From Bacteriovorax sp. (GTDB lineage Bacteria > Bdellovibrionota > Bacteriovoracia > Bacteriovoracales > Bacteriovoracaceae), in contig JAGOVS010000004.1 in the NCBI GenBank assembly GCA_018060625.1, forward strand, positions 636-64,635: 64,000 nt of DNA, in the 5' to 3' direction. Numbering within the stretch: position 1 is the first letter of the stretch; every line of letters starts with the position of its first letter. Positions 26,932-36,448 of the stretch are shown here, in pieces. The position numbers were made by a program, and so were the translations under genes. The notes beneath the pieces were generated by a model. It searched no databases, was not told where the DNA came from, and saw nothing but the letters and a program-made list of their open reading frames with translations.

Positions 26932-28179
26932 TTATTTCAACTGGTTCAAAAAGTGTAGGGCGTAAATCTTGCCTGCTTCCACTCCTGGTTGATCAAAAGG
27001 ATCAATCATTAAGTAACTCCCCATCAGAGCGGTGAGCGATTCAAAGAAGATAATGAGCTCTCCCATGTGGAATTCATCATTTTTTTCTATTTGAATATGG
27101 AGGGTCGGTCGTTCATTTTCTTCCAGGGCCTTAAGTGTACCAAGGAACTCGGCCTTCATAAGTTGCGCCAGACTATAGCTTGAAAGTTTGTCTTGGGTTT
27201 TGCTTTTGAATGCTGATTTTAAGGGATAGTCGTGATTAAATTGTTTAACTTCGAGAAGAATGAGGCATTTGTTATTTGGGCCTTCCATGAATAGTTGCAT
27301 CTGGGAATGTTGATCAGTAGCACCGTAACTGACAATTGGGGTTAAGCCGACATTAACAATTTCGCCTTTGTTATTTGTTTTTTTCCCTAGACTTTCGGCC
27401 CAGAGTTGAGTGAACCAAAAGGAAAAGAAGCGCAATTTTGAGGAATAAGGCATTAGGACTGTTTGATCAATGCTCTTTTGAACTTTTAGGTTGTACAAAA
27501 AATCTGCTGTTCTAAGAAGTAAATTCTCTTGGGAGTTTTCAAGACATAGCTTTTGAGCAGAATTGGCCCCATTAATAAGCTCATCGATATTAATTCCGGC
27601 AAATAGAGCTGGAAGAAATCCAACCGGAGTCAAGACGCAAAAACGGCCTCCAACATCAGAGGGAACCTCTAGAGAGAGAATTTCTAATTCGCGTGCCAGG
27701 TCAAGTAATTCACTTTTTTTAGGATCTGTTGCAAAAACAAAATAATTCTTGAGCTCATTTAGGGCAATGCTTTTTTCACTTAAAAAATTCGTAATAATCG
27801 CGAGAGTGGCCATAGTTTCAGCCGTCCCTCCTGATTTAGAGACGAAGTAAAACAGGCAATCGTCTGGATTCAGACCATTTAATTGTGAATAAATTTCATC
27901 TGGATCAATATTGTTTATGAAAATAAATTGTTGATCATTTTTTTTTAGTGCTTGAACTAACATTTCAGGACCAAGACTAGATCCACCGATTCCAATATGC
28001 ACAAATATTTTTCGATCTTTAAAGCGTTCAAAGATGACCTGCGAGCTCTTTTTTAATTCTGCGCGATTGTGAGTCGTGAAAAATTGAGTTCCAGGATTGG
28101 CAATAATCTTTTTAAAATCCTCAAGTCTTGAAAGTTCAGGAGGTTTCGTTTTTTCTGAAAAGTGAAATGTTAAGCTCAT
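26932..28179 (-). CDS. pgi: Glucose-6-phosphate isomerase (short form)
   Basis: SIS/PGI motifs GIGGSSLGP and SKSGGTAET. Length about 415 aa. Confidence 0.8.
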   Translation of the reverse strand: MSLTFHFSEKTKPPELSRLEDFKKIIANPGTQFFTTHNRAELKKSSQVIFERFKDRKIFVHIGIGGSSLGPEMLVQALKKNDQQFIFINNIDPDEIYSQLNGLNPDDCLFYFVSKSGGTAETMATLAIITNFLSEKSIALNELKNYFVFATDPKKSELLDLARELEILSLEVPSDVGGRFCVLTPVGFLPALFAGINIDELINGANSAQKLCLENSQENLLLRTADFLYNLKVQKSIDQTVLMPYSSKLRFFSFWFTQLWAESLGKKTNNKGEIVNVGLTPIVSYGATDQHSQMQLFMEGPNNKCLILLEVKQFNHDYPLKSAFKSKTQDKLSSYSLAQLMKAEFLGTLKALEENERPTLHIQIEKNDEFHMGELIIFFESLTALMGSYLMIDPFDQPGVEAGKIYALHFLNQLK

Positions 28180-28187
28180 GACTAACC

Positions 28188-29324
28188 TTAGTGTGTAGAG
28201 TATTCTTTTTTGAGACTTCTTGCGATAACGACTCTCTGAATTTGATTAGTTCCTTCAACGATCTGTAAAACTTTAGCATCTCTCATGAATCGTTCAACGG
28301 GATATTCTTTAGTATAGCCAACTCCACCTAAGATCTGAACAGCGTCAGTTGTCACTTTCATGGCCGTATCTGTCGCTTTCAATTTGGCCATGCATGCAAG
28401 CTTGGCATTTGGGGTTTTATTGTCATAATCTCTTGCTGCCTGTTGAACCAGGAGGCGAGAGCACTCAATTTCACAGGCCATATCGGCCATCATGAATTGG
28501 AGTCCTTGAAAATCAAAAATTGGCTGCTTGAATTGATGGCGAGTCAGAGAGTATTTAACGGCCTCATCTAATGCCCTTTGGCTACAACCAACGGCAATCG
28601 CCCCAATCGTGAACCGCCCTTTATCTAAGGCGGCCATGGCAATTTTAAATCCTTCGCCCTCATTCAGAAGTAAGTTCTCACTAGGGATAAAGCAATTGTG
28701 GAAAATTAATTCTCTGGTTGGAGAAACTCGCCATCCCATTTTTTTTTCTTTTTTCCCATAGGTAAATCCAGGAGTGCCGTCTCTCACAATAAAAGCTGAA
28801 ACTCCCTTGGCCCCCATTTCACCTGTTCTCGCCATAACGATATACGTTTTAGCTATGCCTCCTGAAGTTATCCAAATTTTCGAGCCGTTTAAGATATAAC
28901 CACCTTCGGCCTTTTTAGCTGTCGTTTGAAGAGAAGCGGCATCAGAACCTGAGCCAGATTCGCTTAAGCAAAAAGCGCCAATTTCAGCCCCAGACGTTAA
29001 GCTAGGAAGATATTTTTTCTTTTGATGTGAATCGCCAAATTCGTTTAAAATGGCCTGAACCATGGCCGAGACAGAAATGGTTACAGCGTATGAGACAGAG
29101 GATTTTGCAATTTCCGTGAGGGCAATAATGAAATCTTCATAGGTCATCCCCATTCCCCCATACTCTTCCGGGAGAGGCATTCCGCAGAATCCAAGTGAGC
29201 CTAGCTCATTAAAGAGCTCCATACGGAATTCTTCTGATTCATCGTCGTGTTCCATGTGGGGTTCTATTTTATCTATACGAAATTTTTCAAGTTGTTTTTT
29301 TAGTTCTAATTGTATTTCGTTCAT
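28188..29324 (-). CDS. Acyl-CoA dehydrogenase
   Basis: CLSESGSGSD and YPVERFMRDAKVLQIVEGTNQIQRVVIAR. Confidence 0.85.
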   Translation of the reverse strand: MNEIQLELKKQLEKFRIDKIEPHMEHDDESEEFRMELFNELGSLGFCGMPLPEEYGGMGMTYEDFIIALTEIAKSSVSYAVTISVSAMVQAILNEFGDSHQKKKYLPSLTSGAEIGAFCLSESGSGSDAASLQTTAKKAEGGYILNGSKIWITSGGIAKTYIVMARTGEMGAKGVSAFIVRDGTPGFTYGKKEKKMGWRVSPTRELIFHNCFIPSENLLLNEGEGFKIAMAALDKGRFTIGAIAVGCSQRALDEAVKYSLTRHQFKQPIFDFQGLQFMMADMACEIECSRLLVQQAARDYDNKTPNAKLACMAKLKATDTAMKVTTDAVQILGGVGYTKEYPVERFMRDAKVLQIVEGTNQIQRVVIARSLKKEYSTH

Positions 29325-29327
29325 AAT

Positions 29328-30473
29328 TTAGTCTCGTAAATCTTTTAATAAATTTTTAGCAATTATCAATATCATGACTTCGTTTGTTCCTGCACCAATC
29401 TCATTGAGTTTGTTATCTCTCATCATACGTTCAACCGGAAATTCTCTAGAATATCCATACCCGCCATGGAGTTGAATGGCATCAAGAGCTATTTTGGTGG
29501 CCATTTTGGGAAGAGCTAATTTAACTTGAGCAGCAATGCTTGGCCCTCGTTCACCCATGTCGTATCTTTTAGCAGTAGTGTAGAGAAAACTTCTCATCAT
29601 TTCTGTTTCAGTGGCCATTTCAGCAATCATTTTTTGAATCATTTGAAATGAGCCCAAGTGTTTACCAAACTGTTTCCTTTCGGTTGCGTATTTAATACAT
29701 TGATCAACGCATGCTTGAGCAATACCAAGAGAAATTCCAGAAATGGTGATGCGTTCAATATCTAAATTTTTCATCATGTGATAAACCGAATCCCCCACGT
29801 TTCCAACCAGCTGAGTACTTGGGACTTTGGCATTCTCAAAAACCAATTCACCAGTAGGAGAAGATCTCATCCCCATTTTGTGAATTGGTTTTCCGACTGA
29901 AAATCCGGGCGTTCCCTTTTCGACGATGAAAGTGGAAAGATTTTTTTTCTCAATCCCTGTTCGAGTATAAACGTAAGCGACATCTGCAAACTGGGCATTC
30001 GTAATCCACATTTTTGCCCCATTGATAGTAAATGAGTTATCACTATTTTGGGTTGCTTTTGTTTGGATTCCTACCGCGTCTGATCCAAATTCTGGTTCGC
30101 TCATACCCATACAACCGATATGTTCACCAGTGATAAGTTTTGGGAGGTATTTTGCTTTTTGCTCAGCAGATCCATTGTTTTGGATATTGTTTACGCAAAG
30201 AATGGAATGAGCAAGATAAGAGAGAGTGGATCCCGCACAGGCCTTGCCAAATTCTTCCATGACAATAGTTGCGGCCACGGCCCCAAGACCTGCGCCTCCG
30301 TATTCAGGATCCGCGGTGATTCCAAGAACGCCGAGTTCCCCCATTTTCTTAAATGCATTGATGTTAAAAGATTCTTCTTCGTCGTGCTTGGTAGCGAAGG
30401 GTGCGAGTTCTTTAGTCGCGAAATCTCTACAGAGTCTTTGAAGGTCTTTTTCTTCTTCAGTGAAAAACCACAT
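29328..30473 (-). CDS. Acyl-CoA dehydrogenase, isovaleryl-CoA-dehydrogenase-like
   Basis: MSEPEFGSDAVG and FPVERMMRDNKLNEIGAGTNEVMILIIAK. The EIGAGT variant is typical of the IVD group. Confidence 0.75.
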   Translation of the reverse strand: MWFFTEEEKDLQRLCRDFATKELAPFATKHDEEESFNINAFKKMGELGVLGITADPEYGGAGLGAVAATIVMEEFGKACAGSTLSYLAHSILCVNNIQNNGSAEQKAKYLPKLITGEHIGCMGMSEPEFGSDAVGIQTKATQNSDNSFTINGAKMWITNAQFADVAYVYTRTGIEKKNLSTFIVEKGTPGFSVGKPIHKMGMRSSPTGELVFENAKVPSTQLVGNVGDSVYHMMKNLDIERITISGISLGIAQACVDQCIKYATERKQFGKHLGSFQMIQKMIAEMATETEMMRSFLYTTAKRYDMGERGPSIAAQVKLALPKMATKIALDAIQLHGGYGYSREFPVERMMRDNKLNEIGAGTNEVMILIIAKNLLKDLRD

Positions 30474-30562
30474 TGCTTTACCGCCTTTTTGCAGATTATA
30501 ATTTTTGTAATTATTAATTCATGAATTTATAACAAATTTAGACAAACACTGTAAGACATGAG

Positions 30563-32299
30563 GTGTTAGTAGTGACTCTGACCACCCCCGTTCCTCGAGA
30601 TTTTGATACAGTTTTTCCTGGTGAAAATTGGTTTTTCTATTGGAAAACCTCGGCAAGTTTGTGGAGAATGAAGTTGCAGGAATTCCCTGGGACTAAAGTA
30701 ATTATTCCTATTAATTGGTCTTTTCATTCGGAGACGGGTGATCAATTTGATTTTGATGATCATCGGCCTGAAACCAACCTTTTGAAATTGGTTGAAATTG
30801 CGAAGGAAGTGGGGAAGCAAGTTATTTTTTTTCTTCCGTTGACACCGGCCCCTTTTTTACCCAATGGGGGATTGCCGCACTTACTTGCTCGAAGTCTTGC
30901 GCTTAATAGTGAGCAGATGGCTTATGGTGTTATTGATGCTGATGATAATCTCATTAAGATCTATTCATTTTTTGACCCAAGGGTATTTGAAGCTTTTGAT
31001 CGATTTGTAAAAAAGCTTGGGCATTATTTTGCCCAAAATAAAATCGCTTCAGATGTATGGGGTATTCGCTCGGGTTATTTTCAAGATGGACATTTTCATA
31101 GTTTTTTAGAAGATTCTTCTAAGACTTTTGAACAAGCTTTTGGGCGTTTTCTCCAAGGGAAGAAGGCAGAAAATCAGACGATTTCCCCTTTGGAGGAGCA
31201 ACAATTTTCTTTTGAATTCAATAAAACAGTCCAAGATCTTTATATTACGAATGCTCGTGAGTCTATTGGGCTCAATTTTGAAGGATCGCTTGATGTTGCT
31301 TTTTTAGGGGCAAGTACGGCAAAATTTCTTAAACGGCTTTCTGGGACTTTGACAAGTATTGATTATACCTCAGAACTGTATGAGTCTTTGGCAAAGGACA
31401 TTATTCCTTCTTCCGTCTTAATCTCACATCGACTTAAGAAGGGAGTCTTGGCCAGAGAGCTCAATGATTTGGTTGCGAATTCTTATTTACCAGCAAGGCT
31501 TTCGGCCAATAGTTCTTACGATTTTGAAGATATCGCTGTTTTTTCTCCGTTAAGTTTTTTTAAAGTTTATGAAAGAGTCGATGGCATCAGCTCGATGTTT
31601 CAAAGCTGGGAGCAATTGGGGCTGTGGAAATATCTACGTTCTCAATTTGGTTGGAGTTATAAAGTTATTTCAAGCGATACTCTTAAACTGCATGAAAATA
31701 AAAATCCTTATCAGGAGAATGTTCTTCTTTTTCATGGTCATGATGTGGATAGAACCATTTTTAATTTTATTTTGAAAACATTTATGAATGGTGGGCGGAT
31801 TATATTGAATCGTTCAGGACTTTCAGAAGAATACAACAAGCGTTTTGAAACTTTTTTTTTGGAGAACTCACTTCAAGTAGAAAAGGTTAATTTTAAGATT
31901 CCCATCCAGAATATATCTTTAGGGGAAGGACGTTTAGTTTTTATTGATGGGGACAAATTTGAGGATATTAGCGATTTCGATTTTCAAGAATTTTGGATTA
32001 AAATCGTTTCGACTTTCTCACTTCTTCATGTGCCTATTCAAAATGTTGAAGGGATCGATTATTATTGGAGAACGCGACCGACTTCAATGAATGAATTAAA
32101 ATTTGAAGAGATTCGTCGTCTTTCTCTGTATAATCCTACAAGCTATAGAAAAAAAATTAAAATGAATCTCTCAAGAAATTTCGTCGTTTATAAAGTGATT
32201 GATGAAATAAATGTCATCGTTCAAACATTTCCCAATGAATTGGAGATTGAGTTGTCCCCGGAAGGGTCGGTCATTGTCGATTTTGGAGTTTTCTCATGA
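30563..32299 (+). CDS. Cytoplasmic hypothetical protein with GH42-like TIM-barrel pattern (catalytic acid/base not conserved)
   Basis: INWSFHSETGDQFDFD...LVEIAKEVGKQVIFFLPLTPAPFLP...FFDPRVFEAFDRFVKKLGHYF...VWGIRSGYF parallels the GH42 N-terminal pattern faW..lEPe.G.ydF...Gi.vil.tPtaa.P.W...sp.yr..la.ry...NEy. No signal peptide. GTG 30572 is an alternative start, 6 nt after GAGGTG. Confidence 0.35.
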   Translation: MLVVTLTTPVPRDFDTVFPGENWFFYWKTSASLWRMKLQEFPGTKVIIPINWSFHSETGDQFDFDDHRPETNLLKLVEIAKEVGKQVIFFLPLTPAPFLPNGGLPHLLARSLALNSEQMAYGVIDADDNLIKIYSFFDPRVFEAFDRFVKKLGHYFAQNKIASDVWGIRSGYFQDGHFHSFLEDSSKTFEQAFGRFLQGKKAENQTISPLEEQQFSFEFNKTVQDLYITNARESIGLNFEGSLDVAFLGASTAKFLKRLSGTLTSIDYTSELYESLAKDIIPSSVLISHRLKKGVLARELNDLVANSYLPARLSANSSYDFEDIAVFSPLSFFKVYERVDGISSMFQSWEQLGLWKYLRSQFGWSYKVISSDTLKLHENKNPYQENVLLFHGHDVDRTIFNFILKTFMNGGRIILNRSGLSEEYNKRFETFFLENSLQVEKVNFKIPIQNISLGEGRLVFIDGDKFEDISDFDFQEFWIKIVSTFSLLHVPIQNVEGIDYYWRTRPTSMNELKFEEIRRLSLYNPTSYRKKIKMNLSRNFVVYKVIDEINVIVQTFPNELEIELSPEGSVIVDFGVFS

Positions 32300-32709
32300 A
32301 AGACATAGAGTATATCATCGGGATTTATCACTATATGAATGCATTTCCTGAAATGCATAGTGATTCCGCTTATTACTTGATTTACCTATTGGATGAATTA
32401 GGGCAGTTAGATAAATTAGCGGCCCAAAAACTTTATGATGAGCGATTTAAAACAGAGCTCTCTAGCGCAAGTATTCACCAGAAGATGATTGGTCCTTTTG
32501 AATCCACTGATCAACTTAATCAATATGCTTTTCAATTATGTGAAGAGTTGAATGCTCAAAAAGTAACTTTGCTTTCTGTGCAGGAGTACAATTCTTTGCT
32601 AGAAAGCTCCCAGACTTCTACCGATTTCCATCGCGACCTGCTTTTACAGGGGAATGTTATGGAAAATATCGAAAGAAAAAAGAAAGGCTTTTTAAGCCGA
32701 TTTTTCTAA
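32296..32709 (+). CDS. Hypothetical protein, translationally coupled to the upstream gene
   Basis: ATGA start/stop overlap at 32296-32299. 137 aa with no recognisable motif. Confidence 0.4.
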   Translation: MKDIEYIIGIYHYMNAFPEMHSDSAYYLIYLLDELGQLDKLAAQKLYDERFKTELSSASIHQKMIGPFESTDQLNQYAFQLCEELNAQKVTLLSVQEYNSLLESSQTSTDFHRDLLLQGNVMENIERKKKGFLSRFF

Positions 32710-33725
32710 CGGGAGACCACACCCTCTCCGGTAATCCCTGAGTTGTCTTCTCTCATATTTTCTTCCGGAATTTCTTCTTCAAAGCTTCGAATGGGCGCTG
32801 ATTGAACCTCATTTGTGAGATCTATTTCACCAGGTGTTGATTGCTCAAGCCGTGAAATGGCCTGCTCTACCTTAACTTCCTCATCGATTTTATGTTCAAT
32901 TTTATTATGAGATTTCAATGCTTGTCCTTCAATAATTTTTTTCTGCTCACTTTTTGGTTGTACATAATTGGCAAGTCCATCTTTTTTATAATAGAGGGTG
33001 AAGCCAGCAAAAATAATATTGGGATTTTTGATAAGTGGTTTGTTGTTTTCCCAAATTTGTTTCCACTTTTTCGGTGTTTGATAAACAGTATTGGATATCG
33101 TTCCAAGTGTTTCTCCAGTCTTAATAAGATGGGCAACTCCTTCGGGGTTCCAAACGAATGCATTCGCAGGCGCCTTATATTTTAGTTCCATACCAGATCG
33201 TAAAGCAGGGGACTTCCCAAATTTCTCCTGATTTAATTCTCTTAGTTCTTTCCACTTTCCAATATCTCCATAAATCTTAAATGCGATTTGCATAAGGGTT
33301 TCACCTTTTTGCACTTTGTATTCCATGATTTTTCCAGCATCGCTACTAGGTGTTTCATTTTGAGCAAGAGCGGGTGATTCCTCAGCTTTTATTTGAGGAG
33401 AGGCTTCTTCAACGGCCACATTTTTCTCCTCTGACTTGGATGAATCTGCAGCGAATTCACTTTCCAGTGAGTTTAGATCTGCATTTTCGGGATTTGAGTC
33501 CGAAATATTTGAGGGAGCATCTCCTGCGCTAGGTGACTCTGGTTGCTCTTTTGTTTCATTCATTGTTTTAGAAAAAAGATCATCTGCCCCAGAGTTCGAT
33601 TCCGCTTCGTTACTAGATGTATTGGAATCGGTTGGCTGCTCAGGAGTTCTCCATTTCTCTATCAATCCACAGGAGGATAAAAGAAGTGAAAGGAAGAGAA
33701 TTTTTAATATACTTTGTCTGCCCAC
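32706..33725 (-). CDS. Lipoprotein with two LysM domains
   Basis: Lipobox LLSSCG, then a low-complexity Ser/Glu/Asp linker. LysM repeats YKVQKGETLMQIAFKIYGDIGKWKELRELN and HLIKTGETLGTISNTVYQTPKKWKQIWENN. Confidence 0.75.
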   Translation of the reverse strand: MGRQSILKILFLSLLLSSCGLIEKWRTPEQPTDSNTSSNEAESNSGADDLFSKTMNETKEQPESPSAGDAPSNISDSNPENADLNSLESEFAADSSKSEEKNVAVEEASPQIKAEESPALAQNETPSSDAGKIMEYKVQKGETLMQIAFKIYGDIGKWKELRELNQEKFGKSPALRSGMELKYKAPANAFVWNPEGVAHLIKTGETLGTISNTVYQTPKKWKQIWENNKPLIKNPNIIFAGFTLYYKKDGLANYVQPKSEQKKIIEGQALKSHNKIEHKIDEEVKVEQAISRLEQSTPGEIDLTNEVQSAPIRSFEEEIPEENMREDNSGITGEGVVSR

Positions 33726-33915
33726 GCCAAACTCCTTAAATGTATCTATCTATGTTCTCATTACTAGAATACGGCACTATGTATTTTTCATGGAGTCCGG
33801 GGCAAAGATTTCCTCTTGAGTATATCTTCGGATTATCCGACGAAACGAGTCTATTTGGGGTGTAAAAATTACTTTACGTCGCCAAATGATTCGAGATTTG
33901 TTATAAAACGCCACT

Positions 33916-35031
33916 ATGCAAACAACTATGAAAATTCCCCGTAAAAAATCCCTTTATTCTTTTACCTTGAGCGAACTCAGAGATTATTTGGCCGAACGGG
34001 GTTTTGCTCGATTTGCCGCAGATCAGATTTTTCAATGGCTTTATAAAAATCAAGAGCGAGACATGAGTCTTTGGACAAATGTGGCCAAAAAAATAAAAGA
34101 AGATTTTTCAGAGAATTTAGATTTAGAGCTTCCGACAATTATTTGGAATGGTCTATCAAAAGATGGGACTCGAAAATTCTTAGTGCGAATGAGTGATGCT
34201 CAAACAGTGGAAGCTGTGGCCATTCCTGCCAAAGGGCGCTTGACCCTTTGTCTTTCTTCTCAAGTGGGCTGTGCGATTGGTTGTACCTTTTGCCATACTG
34301 GAACGATGGGTCTTAAGCGCCATCTCTTGGCCGATGAAATCGTAGGTCAATATATGGCCATTACTTATTGGTTAAAAGAGAACTCTCATCCAGATGAACG
34401 CTTAACAAATATCGTTTATATGGGGCAAGGAGAACCTTTACATAATTATGATAATGTTCGGACTGCGACCATTATTTTCATGGAAGATAAAGGGCCAGGG
34501 TTGTCTCAACGAAAAATTACACTCTCAACTTCAGGCCTGGTTCCTCAGATTGAAAAAATGTGGGATTTTCCACCTGTTAATATCGCCATTTCGCTGCATG
34601 CAGCTCATAATAATATCAGAACAGAATTGATGCCTATTAATAAAGCATATGACTTAGAAAGACTTTTCACGGCCATAAAAAAAGTGCCCCTTAAGGCTTA
34701 CCGCAGAATTACTTACGAATATATTTTGATTGCAGATCTTAATGATCGGCCAGAGGACATAGAAGGTCTTGTCCATTTATTAGATAAGCAGAAGTCTAAA
34801 ATTAATCTCATACCCTATAATGATTTTCCAGAATCGAAATTTAAACGCCCTAGCAATGCTAAAGTGATTTGGTTTCAAGAAGAGCTGCTTAAAAGAGGCT
34901 ATGTATGCACAACGAGAACCACGAAGGGCCAGGATATCCTGGCCGCTTGTGGACAACTAAAAAGTGAATACGAAAAACTCAACTTATGGGATCAACGCGA
35001 GTCATTAACAAACAGACTCGAATCCCTCTAA
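33916..35031 (+). CDS. rlmN: 23S rRNA/tRNA adenine-C2 methyltransferase RlmN (radical SAM)
   Basis: Radical-SAM cluster CAIGCTFC in SSQVGCAIGCTFCHTG, then YMGQGEPL and a C-terminal conserved Cys (ACGQL). Confidence 0.85.
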   Translation: MQTTMKIPRKKSLYSFTLSELRDYLAERGFARFAADQIFQWLYKNQERDMSLWTNVAKKIKEDFSENLDLELPTIIWNGLSKDGTRKFLVRMSDAQTVEAVAIPAKGRLTLCLSSQVGCAIGCTFCHTGTMGLKRHLLADEIVGQYMAITYWLKENSHPDERLTNIVYMGQGEPLHNYDNVRTATIIFMEDKGPGLSQRKITLSTSGLVPQIEKMWDFPPVNIAISLHAAHNNIRTELMPINKAYDLERLFTAIKKVPLKAYRRITYEYILIADLNDRPEDIEGLVHLLDKQKSKINLIPYNDFPESKFKRPSNAKVIWFQEELLKRGYVCTTRTTKGQDILAACGQLKSEYEKLNLWDQRESLTNRLESL

Positions 35032-35036
35032 TTAAA

Positions 35037-35369
35037 TTAATAAGCTGAATCGAGTTTTGTTTTGTAGAGCCAAGGCTTTGGTCCGAAGGCTTCATCCTTT
35101 TTCTCATTTTGAGGGTTTTTTGCTTTATCCGCAGCGATGATTGAGGAAGGTTCGCGCTCAGATTCTTTGTCTTTTTCTGAAGCAATGCCACGGTCTGTTT
35201 TTGCGGCCTCTTCAACTTTATAGCCCTCATTAAATTCCACCCCTTTTGCTACCACTTTGGAAGGTGAGGCGAGTTTTAATTGGACATCTGGTGTTTTATA
35301 CTCTGCCGCATAGGCCAGAGAGCATACCCCAATTGAGAGCATTACGAGCGAGAGAGATTTTGTTTTCAT
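35037..35369 (-). CDS. Small exported hypothetical protein
   Basis: Signal peptide MKTKSLSLVMLSIGVCSLAYA and a charged mature region. Confidence 0.45.
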   Translation of the reverse strand: MKTKSLSLVMLSIGVCSLAYAAEYKTPDVQLKLASPSKVVAKGVEFNEGYKVEEAAKTDRGIASEKDKESEREPSSIIAADKAKNPQNEKKDEAFGPKPWLYKTKLDSAY

Positions 35370-35476
35370 GATTTCACTCCTTGCCGAGATTATCGGTTCA
35401 ATTTCTTTTCGGCTTAATTCTTTATTTACTTGAGCTGTTTTGTCAGATGCTTAAAGATTGTTTACGGAAGCTCATG

Positions 35477-35521
35477 TTTTTGAGAATATAGAAGCAATTA
35501 AGATCTAGGAATTCTCAAAAA
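35477..35521. repeat. Inverted repeat upstream of sppA
   Basis: TTTTTGAGAAT (35477-35487) and ATTCTCAAAAA (35511-35521) form perfect 11-bp arms with a 23-nt spacer. The repeat ends 11 nt before the sppA GTG. Confidence 0.6.
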
Positions 35522-35532
35522 ATGGAGTTTTT

Positions 35533-36447
35533 GTGACCTCTTCAAAAAATAGCAAGGCCTTATTTGGCATTTTTGCCATGGTGTTCGTCTTTTTTGTGAT
35601 TCTTGTTCTTTTTGCCACCTATACAATGAATGCCTTCAATGAAACGTCGGATGTTGAGAAGAAATCAAATAGCGCACACATTGGGGTCATTGAAATTGAA
35701 GGTGTCATCATGGACTCTAAGAATACAGTAGAGCTTCTTCAAAAGGCCGAGGAAGATAAACAGATTCAGGCCATTATTTTGCGCGTGAATTCTCCCGGGG
35801 GAGCGGTTGGTCCCACTCAAGAAATCTATGAAGAAATTCAGCGCATTGATAAAATAAAACCCATCTATTCTTCTTTCGGCGCCATTGCTGCCAGTGGAGG
35901 ATATTATGTTGGTGCTGGGACTAGAAAAATTTGGGCAAGCCCTGGAACTTTAACGGGCTCAATTGGTGTTATTATGGAATTTATGGATCTCTCAAAACTC
36001 TATGAATTTGCCAAGGTCTCTCCTCAAACAGTTAAGGCCGGACGTTATAAAGATGCTGGAAACCCTGCCCGTTCTCTGACTGTTGAAGAATCAGAGATGA
36101 TGAATAAATTAATTGTGAAAGTTCATGAGCAGTTTATCTCAGATATTATGAAGCGACGAGCTTCAGTTATAAAAGGGGATATAAAGGAATTGGCCCAGGG
36201 GCAGATTTTTTCAGGTGAATCGGCAAAAGAGCAAGGCTTAGTTGATGAGTTGGGAAGTCTTTGGACGGCAGGGCGAGCAATTCATAAAGAACTCAAACTG
36301 AAAGATGAATTTGCTTTGAAGTTCATCAAGAAAAAGAAAAGCGTTGGTATGTTTGATCTCTTAGGATCATTAGACGAAGCTATTTCGAAACTTAATATTA
36401 ATAGTCTTGTCCATAGTGATAAGGCTCCGCTACTTATGTTTAAATAA
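35533..36447 (+). CDS. sppA: Signal peptide peptidase SppA, 36K type
   Basis: N-terminal TM, VNSPGGAVG, AASGGYYVG and TGSIGV motifs. GTG start follows GGAG. Confidence 0.8.
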   Translation: MTSSKNSKALFGIFAMVFVFFVILVLFATYTMNAFNETSDVEKKSNSAHIGVIEIEGVIMDSKNTVELLQKAEEDKQIQAIILRVNSPGGAVGPTQEIYEEIQRIDKIKPIYSSFGAIAASGGYYVGAGTRKIWASPGTLTGSIGVIMEFMDLSKLYEFAKVSPQTVKAGRYKDAGNPARSLTVEESEMMNKLIVKVHEQFISDIMKRRASVIKGDIKELAQGQIFSGESAKEQGLVDELGSLWTAGRAIHKELKLKDEFALKFIKKKKSVGMFDLLGSLDEAISKLNINSLVHSDKAPLLMFK

Positions 36448-36448
36448 A

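Noticed and set aside
30022-30524. Plus-strand ORFs (62-134 aa) overlapping the isovaleryl-CoA-dehydrogenase-like gene
   Set aside because: They are antisense to a strongly supported acyl-CoA dehydrogenase and have no motifs or RBS.
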